Of a stretch of DNA of 64,000 nucleotides, positions 1 to 13,147 are shown one piece after another. The translations under genes were made by a program, and so were the position numbers. The notes under the pieces were generated by a model that worked only from the letters and a program-made list of their open reading frames with translations, was not told the origin of the DNA and searched no databases. This DNA is from Piromyces finnis finn (taxonomy: Eukaryota > Fungi > Neocallimastigomycota): NCBI GenBank assembly GCA_002104945.1, contig MCFH01000065.1, positions 186,001-250,000 on the forward strand, read 5' to 3'. Each line of letters begins with the position of its first letter. The stretch's first letter is position 1.

Positions 1-2998
1 GTTCTTGTTTTGATGTAAATTTAATATCATTATATTCTTTTGCTAATTTTACAATTTTAATTGATATTTTGTTTTCTTCAGAATCATTCATAACACGTTT
101 ATATTCATTAAGAATATTTTCATCTCCTTCTTGAAGTTCTTTATCGTATCTTTCATTCATTTCTTCTGTAGTTCTAAAAATATTTCTAGAAGAGTTATAT
201 CTTTTTATTTTGTGATTTTAATAAATAAATATAAATACCTATAACTATAACAGAACTTATAAAACAGGTTGAAACTTGTCGTTTAATAATTAAAATATTA
301 AGGAATGAAATCTCGCTGCCAACTGCATTATGTTCAATTCCAAAATTAATCAAAGACTTAAGAACACGAACAAGACCATAGTTAGGAATTAATGAAGCAA
401 TTAGCAAAACTAAAAAAGATGTGTAATATGTAACATCATCAGTATTTGCTGCTTCAATTTCAAGTCCACTGCTTAAAGCTTCTAATAATGGAATGAATTT
501 AAATATCACAAATGGCATTAAAATTAAAACACATGTAACTAAAAATACGAAATGATCTGTAATTAATACTGAAATCCAGTAGCTTTTGTTAGAAATACCA
601 TTCAATTGAAGTTGTTTTAAGAGATTTTGAGAACGTTCACGAATAACATTAGTACCGTAATAAAAAAGTGGGAATACTATACAAAAGACGATAATTAAAG
701 TAAATAAATAATGATGTAAGCGATGAAACTGAATAAACATCAAATGTTCTTTGTGCTTTAAATGTATGATAATTTACTTGAATTGTATCATTTACATTAG
801 AAAAAGATAAAATTGAATTAATAAGAGCATTTATAGTAGCTGGAAGAGAATGAACCATTGAATCATTATAATTAATATTAAAATGATATATATTATCATT
901 AATATCACCAGAAAAACTTGAAACATAATATGGCTCGGATTTAATTGATTGATAAAGTTTGTTCATCTCGTTTTCTGTGTATAAATCTAAACTGGAACTT
1001 GAATTAGAATGTTTAGAAAATTCTTGTTGAACCAAATGTTGAGAAAGTATATTATTAATTGACGGAGAATTTTGAATATCATAATTCCATTGATGATTTT
1101 TATATAGACTAGATGAAATCCTCATTTTCTCATCAAAATCATACTCATTATACTCATTATATTTATTAATTTCCTTTTTACTATATTATATTGATCTTTA
1201 AATATTGGTAAAAAGACGCAAAAAGTGGTTACAGGAATTAATATACTTAAAAAGATATATGTTATTTTACGAATATATATTCTTATTCTGTAGCTACTTA
1301 GTCGTAAAGCAGCTTTAAGAGTACCAGGTCTTTTAACATTTTTATTTTGAGGTAATTCTATTGCTTTATTTTGATCAGGAATTTTTCCATTATACTCTTC
1401 TTCAATCTCTTTTTCTAAATTAATAAATAATTCTTCTAATAGAGGAACATTTATTGAAAAGTTCACTAATAACTTATTCTTTTCATTTTCTAAATCTCTT
1501 AAGAGAGTTGATAACTTATTTGAATCATTCATAGATAATTTCCAAGAATAAATATTTTGTGAAAAATATGAGTGTTCAATTTCGGTTTTATCGACAAGGT
1601 TATAGGCATTAGTAATGTATTGCTTAATAAGTTTATCTACCTCTTCAAAATGTTGAGTTTCAACTTCTAAACTATACTTCATTTTGAAATGATTCTTTAA
1701 ATAAACACTACTACCTAAACAACGAATCGTACCTCTATTTATCCATGTAATTTGTTGTAATGAAAATAACTCTATCCTTTTTAGCCTTTAATAATAAATT
1801 CCAAATTTTGCGACGAGAAAGTGGATCTAAACCAGTAGTAGGTTCATCCAAAAAGACATATTTTGGATTACCAATAAGGGCCAAACTGATAGAAAGCTTT
1901 CTTTTTTTTGACTGCCACTTAATTTTTGGACTTCATAATCTTTCTTTTTTTCTAAATCAATATTTTCCAACTATTTATCAATATCTTCATCTTCACACTC
2001 TTTAATACCAGAGTAAAGTTTGAAATGTTCAGCAACAGTAAAATTATTAATAAGTATATCATTTTGAAGACAAATACCTAATTGGCTTCGAATTTCTTTC
2101 TTATTTTTATTTATTGGTAAACTATGATATAAGGTTTCACCACTATCAGGTTAAAGAATACCAACCATATTTTGTATTAATGTACTTTTACCAGCTGTTA
2201 AACCTTTTACTGTATTATTAGTTTTAAATTAAACAATAGTATTATCAATAGCCATTTGTGCAGAAACAAATAATAAATTATATTTATCTGATTCATCTTT
2301 TCCCATATAAATAATATCAGAGGAATCTTTTTTGAATACGGTTCTTTTAGCAATTATTTTAGATCTTTTTCCCTTTGCATATGGTAGATTCTTAGAATCA
2401 ACAATATTTGAGCCTTTAATTCTAATTGAATAATTAATATAATCATCATCATTAAAAACAACACCACATAAAATACTATTGTCTTTGTCATTTTGTACAA
2501 ATTTTTCTAGTTCTTTTTCATTTTCAAATACAGTAGAGTTCAAATTGGAATAATCCATAAAATAAAAACTTTCCATAACAAATGTGATAAATTTATTTCC
2601 GTTTATTTCTGTTTGATTACTTGGTAATACAAAAGCAATTGAACTTGGCTTATCATATGAGACAATTTCTCTACCGGGTGAAGTGAAATCTTCTTCTTCT
2701 TCTACCTAATCAAATTTTGTATAATAATAATGTTTACTCTCACGAATTGCTAATATAAAAATATAGATTACAAAAATTAGTCATTTATTTATTTACTATA
2801 ATTAATTAAATATAAATGTTATTATATTTTTTTTATTAGTATTTATAAAAATATAAAAATAGCTAATAACTTACATAAAGTACCAACGATAAGAAAAGTA
2901 AGGAAGATTTCGAAAGCACAAGGAAATATACCGGTCCTTTGTTTGAAAATCTTAAAGTTTTTCCATAATATGGTTTTAAATTGCTTTGAAAAAAACAT
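1..2998 (-). pseudogene. ABCA-subfamily ABC transporter, fragmented by stops, frameshifts and apparent deletions; runs off the window start
   Basis: Manual minus-strand translation gives an N-terminus MFFSKQFKTILWKN (ATG at 2998, spliced), a degenerate Walker A GLTAGKSTLIQNMVGIL*PDSGE (~2140-2205), and signature/Walker B [39 protein letters not shown] (~1805-1920). GTIRCLGSSVYLKNHF lies at ~1680-1730 and ORF 195-743 is ABC2-membrane-like. The first TMD seems to be missing. Some frameshifts could be homopolymer assembly errors. Confidence 0.8.
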
Positions 2999-3828
2999 TA
3001 TTATACTTTATATAACTTCTTTGATTTAATTACTTTATAATACTTTTTTAAAAAACATATTTATTATTATTTATTATTACTTATTTAATAAATTTTAAAT
3101 GACAATAAAATTATAACTGTAATTATTTAAATTACAACTAGTTTTTTATTGTATTTTTTTTTCTTTTTTTTTTTTTGAAAAAAAAGAAAAATAGCCATAT
3201 TCTCTGATATATATACTATTACAAAATTTTCTATTCAAAAGTTTTTAATAAAATATTATAAAATGGAACATACAATTAATTATGATTTGTGAAATAACAT
3301 TAGATAAATGTAACACAATATTAATGATCTATAACTTTATTCTTAAAATATAAATCTTAATTAATAATAAAAATATTCTTTACCACACATAATTTTCTTA
3401 TTAATAATTAAATAATAAAAAAATTATATTAAATAATAAATTTAATTTAAACCTTAATTCTTATTTTACAATACAAAAAAAAAGAATAAATATTATATTC
3501 AAAAATATAGTTATGTTGCCATTTATGACAATTATAATTGAATAATAAAAAAAAAAAAAAGTTTTATTGTATTTTTAACTAGTTTAATATTTATTATTTT
3601 CATTATAAAAAATTAATATTAAAGTATTTTGATAATATATATGTGATTTATATAATCTTAAAGAAGATGATATAGAATGGAGATAAAAACTTTTTTTAAT
3701 ATAATTGAATATTACTCAAAGTGTTATATAAACATAGATTAATGTAATATAAGAATAGATTATAACTTAATTATAATAAATTTATTTAGTACATTAATGT
3801 ATTTATCATATTTTTATAATTATGTTTT

Positions 3829-6370
3829 TGAAATGAAACTAATACGTCTAGCTATAGCTACGTTTTTAGTCCTATTTAAAATATTTTTTATAATTTCATA
3901 TTTAAAAAATATATCAAATATTTTATAATAATAATATAATAATTGATATATATTATAATACATTATTTATATATTAATTATAGAATTCATGTACATATCT
4001 CATTATATTCCTATATATTAATATTATATATTAGTATTTATTAGTATTTATTCATTACTATATTCATGATTCAATGTAGAGTTCATTTTATTGTAATTCT
4101 AATTTGTATTACATTACATTTTACTTTTATAGTAATATTTCATTTAAATATATTGTAAAATATTATATTATATCCTATTTAATTATTATTCATATATTAT
4201 GAATACATTACATTATATAATTGCTAATATTATAGGAATTTTATAATATAAAAATATCCATGTAAAAATAGTTAATAATTAGAGAGAAAAGTTTTAATAA
4301 TTAATAAGAAAATATTATAAGTGAAATTACTAATAAGAGAGAAGTTAATAATAATAATAAAATATTTTCACCTAATATAATAAATTATAAATAAACTAGT
4401 ATTAAATTACTACAACATAAAAGAAACTGATATGAAATTAATATGTCTAGCTACATATTAGCCATATTTAAAGTATTCAATTTCATATTTAAAAATTTTA
4501 TAATAATAATATAATAATTGATATATATTATAATGCATTATATATTAATTATAGAATTCATGTACATATCACATTATATTCCTATATATTAATATTATAT
4601 ATTAGTATTTGTTCATTCTATATACATTCATTATTAAATGTAGTGTTACATTTTATTTTAATCCTCATTTGTATTACATCATTTTTCCTTTTATAGTAAT
4701 ATTTCATTTAAATATATTGTTAAATATATTATATTATATCCTATTTAATTATTATTCATATATTATGAATACATTGCATTATATGATTGATATTCAATTA
4801 TATTACAGGGATTTTATGATATAAAAATATTCAGAAGGGGTTTTTATTATTATAATTAATTACACTTCTTCTAATTAATTATTAAACATCAATATTTTTA
4901 TATTATAAAATTCCTATAATATAATTGAATATCGTTTATATAATGTAATGTATTCATAATATATGAATAATAATTAAATAGGATATAATATAATATTAAA
5001 GTGAAATATTACTATAAAAGGAAAAAGTAATGTAATACAAATTAAAAGAAATGTAACTCTACATTTAATAATGTGATATGAAATATTATACGAAACTTTA
5101 ATTATTAATAAAAATATTTATTAATAATTACATAAAATAAATTAAAATAGATATGTAATAACGTGACTAAAAGCAATTGAGGCGTAAATAAATTCTTAAG
5201 ATAAAATAAATTTAAGTGGTAACATAAATTTATTTTATTAATTTAAATAATAAAAACATAAAATTATACCATAATTTTATGTTATGTTAATAATTCTTTT
5301 ATTTATTATTTTTTTTATAATATTTTATATTTTATATTTATATTTTATTATATTTTATTATATTTAATAAATATTTTTATTCTTTTTATACTAGTTATTA
5401 TATATTTATTAATTAAACAAACAAAATATAGTTTATAATTATTAAAAGATATATAAATGTATTATTTCATGTAATTAATTCCTTGCTTCTTGTTATATCA
5501 TAGCCATAAATTCAATAAAATTAATTTAAAAACATTATTACATAAAGTTTCCCCCTAAAAAGGAAATTGAGTTATATCAAATATATATGAATGAACAAAT
5601 ACTAATATATAATATAAATATATAGGAATATAATGAGGTATGTGCATGAATTCTATAATTAATATATAAATAATGTATTATAATATATATCAATTATTAT
5701 ATTATTATTATTATGAAATATTATATATAAATTTTTAAATATGAAATTGAATATTTTAAATAATAAAAATTATTTTAAATATGGCTAATATGTAGCTAGA
5801 CATATTAATTTCATATCAGTTTGTTGTAGTAATTTAATATTAGCTTATTTATAATTTATAATATTAGGTGAATATATTTTTATTATTATAATTAATCCTT
5901 CTTTCTAATAATTACACTTCTTTAATTAATTATAAATATTTTTATATTATAAAATTCCTGTAATATAATTGAATATCAATTATATAATGTAATGTATTCA
6001 TAATATATGAATAATAATTAATATATATATAATGTAATATATTTAACAATATATTTAAATGAAATATTATTATAAAAGGAAAATGTAATGTAATACAAAT
6101 TAGTATTACAATAAAATGTAACTCTACATTTAATAATGAACAAATACTAATATATAATATTAATATATAGGAATATAATGAGATATGTACATGAATTCTA
6201 TAATTAATATATATATATAATGTATTATAATATACATCAATTATTATTATTTGATATAAATTTCTAAATATGAAATTATAAAATTGAATATTTTAAATAA
6301 TAAAAATTATTTTAAATATGGTTAATGTGTAGCTAGACATATTAATTTCATATCAGTTTCTTTTATGTAG
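3829..6370. repeat. Cluster of five partial to near-full copies of LTR family A (two forward, three inverted)
   Basis: Copies at about 3829-4427(+), 4428-4845(+), 4858-5072(-), 5590-5818(-) and 5819-6355(-) align by eye with the TG..CA-bounded unit at 62736-63321 (shared ATATGTCTAGCTACATATTAGCC and TAGAATTCATGTACATAT). Confidence 0.8.
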
Positions 6371-7152
6371 AAAGAATTTAGCTTTAATAATATATTAATA
6401 ACTTTATTTATTACGTTCCAATCTATTATAACTAAATACTAAAACGTTAATTCTGTTGTTGTTAACTACTAAAAACAAGAAGCCTCTTTAATAATAATTA
6501 TTCCCTAATTCATTTAATAAAAACGATATAAATTTAATATTAGAGAAATATACTAATACTAATATAATAATAGGTTCAAAGCTATTATTTTTATATCAAA
6601 AATAAAATAAAATAGATAAAATATAACTCTTTCTAAAACACGTAGACATGTTTACATTTTTATATGATAATCGCGTGTGCTTATAAATATATGATATAAA
6701 AGTAGAAATATGTGTCAATAAATGTTCACAAAAATAATAAGAAAAAAAAGTTTTTATAACATGTCCCTAACCTTTTTAGAATGTTATTAACATTTGAGAT
6801 TATAATTTATTGAAGACAAGTATAGTTTAATAATGAATAACAATTTATAAAACTATGACCATTAAATAGCCATATACGAAAATACAAACATATATTAAAA
6901 TGAGCTAAATATTTCTGTTGCTTCACGAGATATCAATGCTTAAAGGTTATTTAATACAAATGATTTATTGATTATATAGAGAATGATTACCTAATGTATC
7001 AATCATAAATCATGATAAACTTATTTTTCCCAATTAATTATACTAAAACTTTTTAATTTATAATAATTATTTCCATAAGATATTTCATGATCTTTGAATT
7101 AAACGATTATAATATTTTGACTAGGAATAATTGATTATTTAATAATTATGAT

Positions 7153-7226
7153 ATAAATTCTTAAATATGAAATTGAATATTTTAAATAGGACGAATAAGG
7201 TAGCTAGACATATTAGTTTCATATCA
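7153..7226 (-). repeat. Short fragment of the LTR-A 5' end
   Basis: TAGCTAGACATATTAGTTTCATATCA is the reverse complement of the LTR-A start. Confidence 0.7.
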
Positions 7227-7254
7227 CCTCTCATGATATAACTGCAATATTTAC

Positions 7255-7369
7255 TTTGAAAAATAAATTTAATAAACAATTTTATTAATATGGGTAACAA
7301 AGAGAAAAAAGTTAACAAAGTAAATATTACCCATATTAATAAAATTGTTTATTAAATTTATTTTTCAAA
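7255..7369. repeat. Perfect 43-bp inverted repeat with a 29-nt loop
   Basis: Arm 7255-7297 (TTTGAAAAATAAATTTAATAAACAATTTTATTAATATGGGTAA) is the exact reverse complement of 7327-7369. Confidence 0.95.
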
Positions 7370-7573
7370 TTTTATTTAATTTTTTTATTACAATTTACAA
7401 AAAAAAAAAGAAAAAACATTAAGAATTTATTTTTAAATAATCAGTATAAATAATTAAAAGTTTTTTTTAAAGTAATTTTTAAATTTATTTTTATTTTTTT
7501 TAAATAATAATAAAATATAGAAAATCGGTTTTTTATATTATACAAATGAATTTTTATACAATATAAATCAAAA

Positions 7574-10147
7574 ATGAGTGATGAAATTGATATAATAAAT
7601 AACGAATATACTAATTTCAAAGTTAGTAATAATGAAGAAATTAAAGATAGTTTTGATATTTTTAAAATAATAAATCCTGAATATGATTATGAGCATGGAA
7701 TATTTGAAGTACGTTATATATTCAGAAGATCATTATCTGGTGCATATTTCAACGTTATAACAAAGTCATATTGGAATTCAATATATTATGAATTTGAAAA
7801 TGTTATTTATGATGAGTATGGTGACGGCATTGAATACAGCGAAGTAGTGCCTGTTTCAGTTGGAATTAAAGTAAGAGATCCGTGGAACGGGAAAGGCAAA
7901 AAATTTATGCTAACCAAAAGAATCAATAACGAAATTTATACTTTATATTTTACAAAATCAAATACGAAATGTTTAATTATTTCATCAATTAAATATATGA
8001 ATCCTGAACTAAGATCAAAAACTAGTTTAGAATTAAAACATCATTACTTGATGAATAAAAAATACAATGATTTCTACAGTCAAATTGAACGTGTAGAAAA
8101 TACATACAAAAGGAGTGTAAAAATTTTATCGACAGAAAAACAATTAGAAGAAATTAAAAATGATGATTTTGATAAAAACATCATGTTATATTCTATTGGT
8201 TGTCATATTGGTTACATTTGTAAAGGCATTCCTGATTACACCAGTGATAGTGATGCCAATATTAAAATAAAAAGTAGATATAAGGAAAATGAGAAGAATG
8301 TATATGCAATTGTTTGGTTTGATTGTGAATGGTCATATGATATTTTAAATGATGATGAAATAATTTCAAAGGATTCAAATTTAATATGTGCAATTACTGT
8401 AAGAAAAGGTGAAACTACAGAACAATCATTTAGAAATTTTAAGATGTTCTTTAATTATGTTAAAATTTTATCTAAAAGAGGGTTAGTGTATTGTTATTCT
8501 CATAATGGTGGTAAAGTTGAGCATATATTATTATTAAAGTCAATGATTCAGAATTTTGATATTGGTAAATCAAGTGAATATGATCTTATTGCTTGTAATG
8601 GTACTCAAATAAAAACATTAAAGTATGGAAAAAATTTGATATTTTATGACTCTTTATTATTACTTTCACTTCCTGTTGAGAAGTTACCTGAAGTTTATGG
8701 TTTGAAAGTTAATAAAGGGCATAAAGATTGGATTAATGGAAAAAGTCCCAAAAAGTGGTATGAAAATAAGATATGGGATTATAAAAACAAGGATGATATA
8801 GCATATTGCATGAATGATGTAAGGATCATCAAGCAAGCAATGGAAATAACAAACAAATCGTTAGAACCGCTTGTTAAATGCCAATATGCTATTCATCCAG
8901 ATGGTTATAAATGGGTTTTATCAAATACATCTATATCTTCAATTGGGAAACAAACTATATTCAATACATTTACTGATCTTCCTAATAATTTATTAGAAAA
9001 ATCTTTATTTCTTGAAACGTATCATGGTGGAAGATGTGAAATGTTTTATCATGGATTAATAGAATCTGATAATGAAAATTTTATTGCAGTTACCGATAAA
9101 GTTTCTATGTATCCATCCGTAGTCCAAGATATAACCCCTGGTAAATTATTAGGAATACAACATGAAATACCAAAAGAAAATGTAATGTGGGCAATGGATG
9201 TTATTATTAAATATAAAACTTTTTACTCAATTCCCCCAATATGTAGAAAAAGGAATGGTATATTAATTTCAGAAAATTATGATGTTCCAACATTATTATT
9301 TATGTGGAATTTTGAATATGAAGCTTTAAAAGATAATATTGATATTATAGAAGTTAAAAATGTTTATATATTTGACTCTCTTGATTTATCGCCAATTTTT
9401 TCAAGTTGGTATGAAAAGAAAAAACAAGCTAAAACTCCAACTGAAAAAATAGGGCCAAAAATTTTAATGAATGGAACAACAGGGGGTTTTGGTCAAAGAT
9501 TTGTTATGACACAAAGAACTTTATGTAAAAATGTGGAAGAACTGGTTAATAAAAGAAAACTTTATAAATACACATATTATGATGCTTTTGATGATTGGAA
9601 ATGGTTATTATATGATGATTATATAAATTCGAAAACATGCTATCAATTAATTAGCTTTATAACAGCGAAATCCAGATTTAAATTGTGGTCAAGAATGAAT
9701 GAATTATTAAAAGTTGATAGCCATGCTCAAATTTTATATTGTGATACTGATTCCGTATTTATTAAAGGAAATAAAAAGTTAATGGATTATATTGATAAAA
9801 ATCAATCAGATGAATTAAAAGATGGTTGGGATTTTAAACAAATTAAGAAGATGTATATTCGAGGATTAAAGAAGTATATGTATTATGATATAAATGGCAA
9901 GTTAGTAAAGAAAATTAGTGGATTAAATTATAAAAACATGGATGATATCAGTTTTGAAGAATTTCAAAAAGATAATATTGAAGCCCAAACCGAAAAATGG
10001 GTTAGAACCTATGATAATAAAATAAAAATAGAAAAAAAAAATATAAATTTTAGAAAAATATATGAAAAAGGTAGAATTTTAGAATCTGGTATTGTCAAAC
10101 CATTTTTTTCTAGTGAAAATATTGAAAATATTGCTATAAATCAATAG
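7574..10147 (+). CDS. Protein-primed family B DNA polymerase (DNA_pol_B_2 type; linear plasmid, Polinton or virus-like), 857 aa, intronless
   Basis: Motifs appear in the correct order: ExoI FDCE, ExoII YSHNGGKVEH, ExoIII YCMND, YHGGRCE, motif A DKVSMYPS, motif B KILMNGTTGGFG, ISFITAKSR, motif C YCDTDS and KKY. Insertions lie where TPR1 and TPR2 occur in protein-primed PolBs. Confidence 0.92.
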   Translation: MSDEIDIINNEYTNFKVSNNEEIKDSFDIFKIINPEYDYEHGIFEVRYIFRRSLSGAYFNVITKSYWNSIYYEFENVIYDEYGDGIEYSEVVPVSVGIKVRDPWNGKGKKFMLTKRINNEIYTLYFTKSNTKCLIISSIKYMNPELRSKTSLELKHHYLMNKKYNDFYSQIERVENTYKRSVKILSTEKQLEEIKNDDFDKNIMLYSIGCHIGYICKGIPDYTSDSDANIKIKSRYKENEKNVYAIVWFDCEWSYDILNDDEIISKDSNLICAITVRKGETTEQSFRNFKMFFNYVKILSKRGLVYCYSHNGGKVEHILLLKSMIQNFDIGKSSEYDLIACNGTQIKTLKYGKNLIFYDSLLLLSLPVEKLPEVYGLKVNKGHKDWINGKSPKKWYENKIWDYKNKDDIAYCMNDVRIIKQAMEITNKSLEPLVKCQYAIHPDGYKWVLSNTSISSIGKQTIFNTFTDLPNNLLEKSLFLETYHGGRCEMFYHGLIESDNENFIAVTDKVSMYPSVVQDITPGKLLGIQHEIPKENVMWAMDVIIKYKTFYSIPPICRKRNGILISENYDVPTLLFMWNFEYEALKDNIDIIEVKNVYIFDSLDLSPIFSSWYEKKKQAKTPTEKIGPKILMNGTTGGFGQRFVMTQRTLCKNVEELVNKRKLYKYTYYDAFDDWKWLLYDDYINSKTCYQLISFITAKSRFKLWSRMNELLKVDSHAQILYCDTDSVFIKGNKKLMDYIDKNQSDELKDGWDFKQIKKMYIRGLKKYMYYDINGKLVKKISGLNYKNMDDISFEEFQKDNIEAQTEKWVRTYDNKIKIEKKNINFRKIYEKGRILESGIVKPFFSSENIENIAINQ

Positions 10148-10939
10148 AAAATTTTTAGTATTTAATAAAAAATTTTTTAATATTTATAAAGTTAAAAACA
10201 ACACTAACAGCAGCAACAGCACCTTGATATTTTTATATAACTCCATAAATTACCGTATGATTTAATAAAATTTTTCATATATAGGATATAGTATATGGCA
10301 ATGAAGTAATATAAACGATTAACAACAATATATATTAATTCATCAATTTATATTGTATTGTATTACTTATTATATAAAGTGTATTATAAAATAATTTATT
10401 ATATTTATAATTATCATTATTATTATTAACATTATATTAATTATTTAACAATAAAAATAAATAAATAAATGATAAAATACGAGACATTATATAAAAATAA
10501 TGTATGTAATATGTAATAATGTAAATCATGTTGCATTATATAATATAAATATCTCTGTATTTCACTTAGACAATGATACTCTAAAACACTATATTATTTT
10601 ATTTTGTGTATTTTCTTTTTCCATTATTATAGTATTATATAAATATTATATTTTTTTTATTTTTATCTATAAAATTAAGATATTATCTTTTCGTGTATGG
10701 ATATAAAATTAGGATCATCAAAGGTAATACTGACCTGTCTTATTATGTTTTTAGCATTGATACACTTGGTTATGTTTTAAACCTGTTGAACATTCTAATA
10801 TCAATTATGAAAAGATTACTCATCATCATAGTCAGTCATTAGTGCTGTCTAGGGTAATTCTATTGCTGGAAGTAGCAATTTTAGTAGTGTTTTCATAACC
10901 GCATCGAATATGAATAATCCAGGTAATTCCTAAATTTAA

Positions 10940-12520
10940 GTGAGATTTGCTGAGACTGATATGCATTAGGCAATTTGAATTATGGAATTTGTTGTTGGTA
11001 TATCTGAGGGCTTTACTTTCATATTTAGGCTACTATTATTCCAATAATGTTCTTTAATATCTTTAGTACTTTTAATATTTCTTTTCATAAGTTTCTTATG
11101 TAGTGAAAAAGATTCTTTCGTCCAAAAGTAATGAGACATGGGAGGAATAGATCGGATGAGATCCTTAATAATATATTTTGATTTTCTCCATTTAACAAAG
11201 CATTTCACTTGTTGCGCAGCACAGATACCTGAATGTGTTGGAATCCTCAAATCCCTTGTAAGAGTATATGAATTAATAAATGAATTTCATTCAAAAACAA
11301 AATCATTGTTATACAAACTTTTATTGTGGAAGCTATTGACATTTCATAAAATAGTAGTGTTGATTGAACTCTGTAAGTTCTATTTTTGTTGGAACTAAGT
11401 AATTGAACATAATAAAATATTTCATTTAAAATATAGGAATGAATGACTATATTTTTTAAACTAATAGGAACACAATTGTGATAAGAAAGCTCTTAAAAGA
11501 GAATAAGGATATTTGAACTTTTTTTGTATATGTTAGATGGAAGAGGAGTCGGAGAAAGATCTTCGTTGAACGGGATTCCAAGATAAGTATAGCAAGAAAC
11601 TTTTAGAATCGAGTACATGCCAATGTAAAAGATTGGGTCTACATAACTAGGGGAAATATTAAAATTGATTGGTTTAACAATAATAGTTGCGACTCATTTA
11701 TTTCAAAAGACATTTCATTAGAATTTACACAATTAAAAAAAAACTAGATTGTACATTTTTTAAAGGTTTTTCCTACTAGGTGTAATAAAAATTATATCAT
11801 TAGCAAAGAGGCTGCCACAACAACATTTATTTCTTAAACTAACATTAAACTTTTCACACTTATTGAATAGTATAGAAGAAAAAAGGGCAACCCTATCTTA
11901 CACCACAATTGAAAGGGAATTCATTAGTAAGCATATCTAAGTAACGAGCATGAGCTTTTGAGGTAGAATAGCGTTTATTGAGAAAACCAAAGTATTTATC
12001 TGTAGGAACAATTACTTTTATTTTTTTACTAATAGTTTTGGAAGTATCTAAAAATTTGGAAATCATATCCAGCCAATGACAAGATATCGCAGTTAGCTTC
12101 GTTTCAAGCTCCAAAGCTAGAACAGAAAAACAATTACTAGTAAAAAATGTCAGAATACTTTGTGTTACAAATATGGTTTGACTACTTAGAACCTTTTTTG
12201 GTTTTTTAAAATCATCAAAGGTGTCTTTTTAACAAGACACAAGGGTTGGTTTGTGCTCAAATACATCATGGAAGACTTTGCAAACTGAAAACTTCTTGAT
12301 ATGTTCTGCCTTAGTTTTGCTATAGATAATATGATCAATAAAGGAAGATTTAGAGCTCTCTTATACCCGGAATTTTGGGATTACTATATTTATATATCGG
12401 TTTATAGTTCGGAAGTCATAAAGAGGAAAGTACATTATTATCACATAGGAATTGGCTGTTATCGACTTCTTGGAGGAAAATAAAGTTGAAAAATGAAGCG
12501 TTAGAATTAAATATCTAAAG
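10940..12520 (-). pseudogene. Decayed non-LTR (LINE-like) retrotransposon reverse transcriptase
   Basis: Minus-strand frames contain GVR*GCPF (RT motif GVRQGCPLS), CCGSLFANDII (FADD-like) and YLGIPFNEDL (thumb), with many stops and frameshifts. ORFs 11893-12114 and 10966-11250 are pieces of it. Boundaries are approximate. Confidence 0.7.
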
Positions 12521-13147
12521 TAGAAATTGTCAGAGTGTGAGCCAGTAATGGATTTGATAGATCGTTTGTTTTAGTATGTACCTAATTTTTTTTTTTTTTG
12601 AGTTTATCAATGAACTTCCAAAAGATTTTGATAAAAAATTTTTTAATGGCCATAAAAATTTTCATTAATATATTATAAAAATATAATTTTCAAACTTGAT
12701 ATTGATAATTCTATTAACTATACATAAATTTAAATTGTCTTTTTTAAAACTTAAAAAATCGTTCTTTTCCTTCTTTAATCATTATCCTTTATTAAATAAG
12801 TATTATTAATTTAATATTTTTATTTCATTATTATTTATTTATTTGTTTCAGAAATAATTAATAAAAAAAAAAAAAAGTCTTCATTTATATAAATATAGAT
12901 TTTATATAAAATCATTATTACATAACTAAAAAAATATTTATATGAAAATTAAAATTTTTTAAAAAATATTTAATACTTCTTAAATTGAATGTATGTTCAT
13001 ACGCAAATTAAAAACCCTATTTCATTAATCTTCCATTCTTGTAAAATAAAAAGTTATTTTAATTGATAGTAATTGTTAATATTGATATATATATATTTAT
13101 AATATTTAAAAAAATAATAATATAAGTTTTCTATATAAATAAAACTT

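Noticed and set aside
4609-4824. Small hydrophobic ORFs in AT-rich intergenic or LTR DNA (also 10500-10706, 19148-19336, 32409-32597)
   Set aside because: Their I/F/Y/L-rich composition is expected from chance ORFs at this AT content, and several lie inside repeats.
7520-7573. Yeast cytoplasmic-plasmid UCS promoter (ATNTGA) upstream of the pPolB
   Set aside because: The nearest word is AAATGA (7544-7549), which does not fit the consensus.
7255-10260. Complete Polinton/Maverick or TIR-bounded element around the pPolB
   Set aside because: No matching right-hand inverted repeat, TSD or accessory genes could be found.
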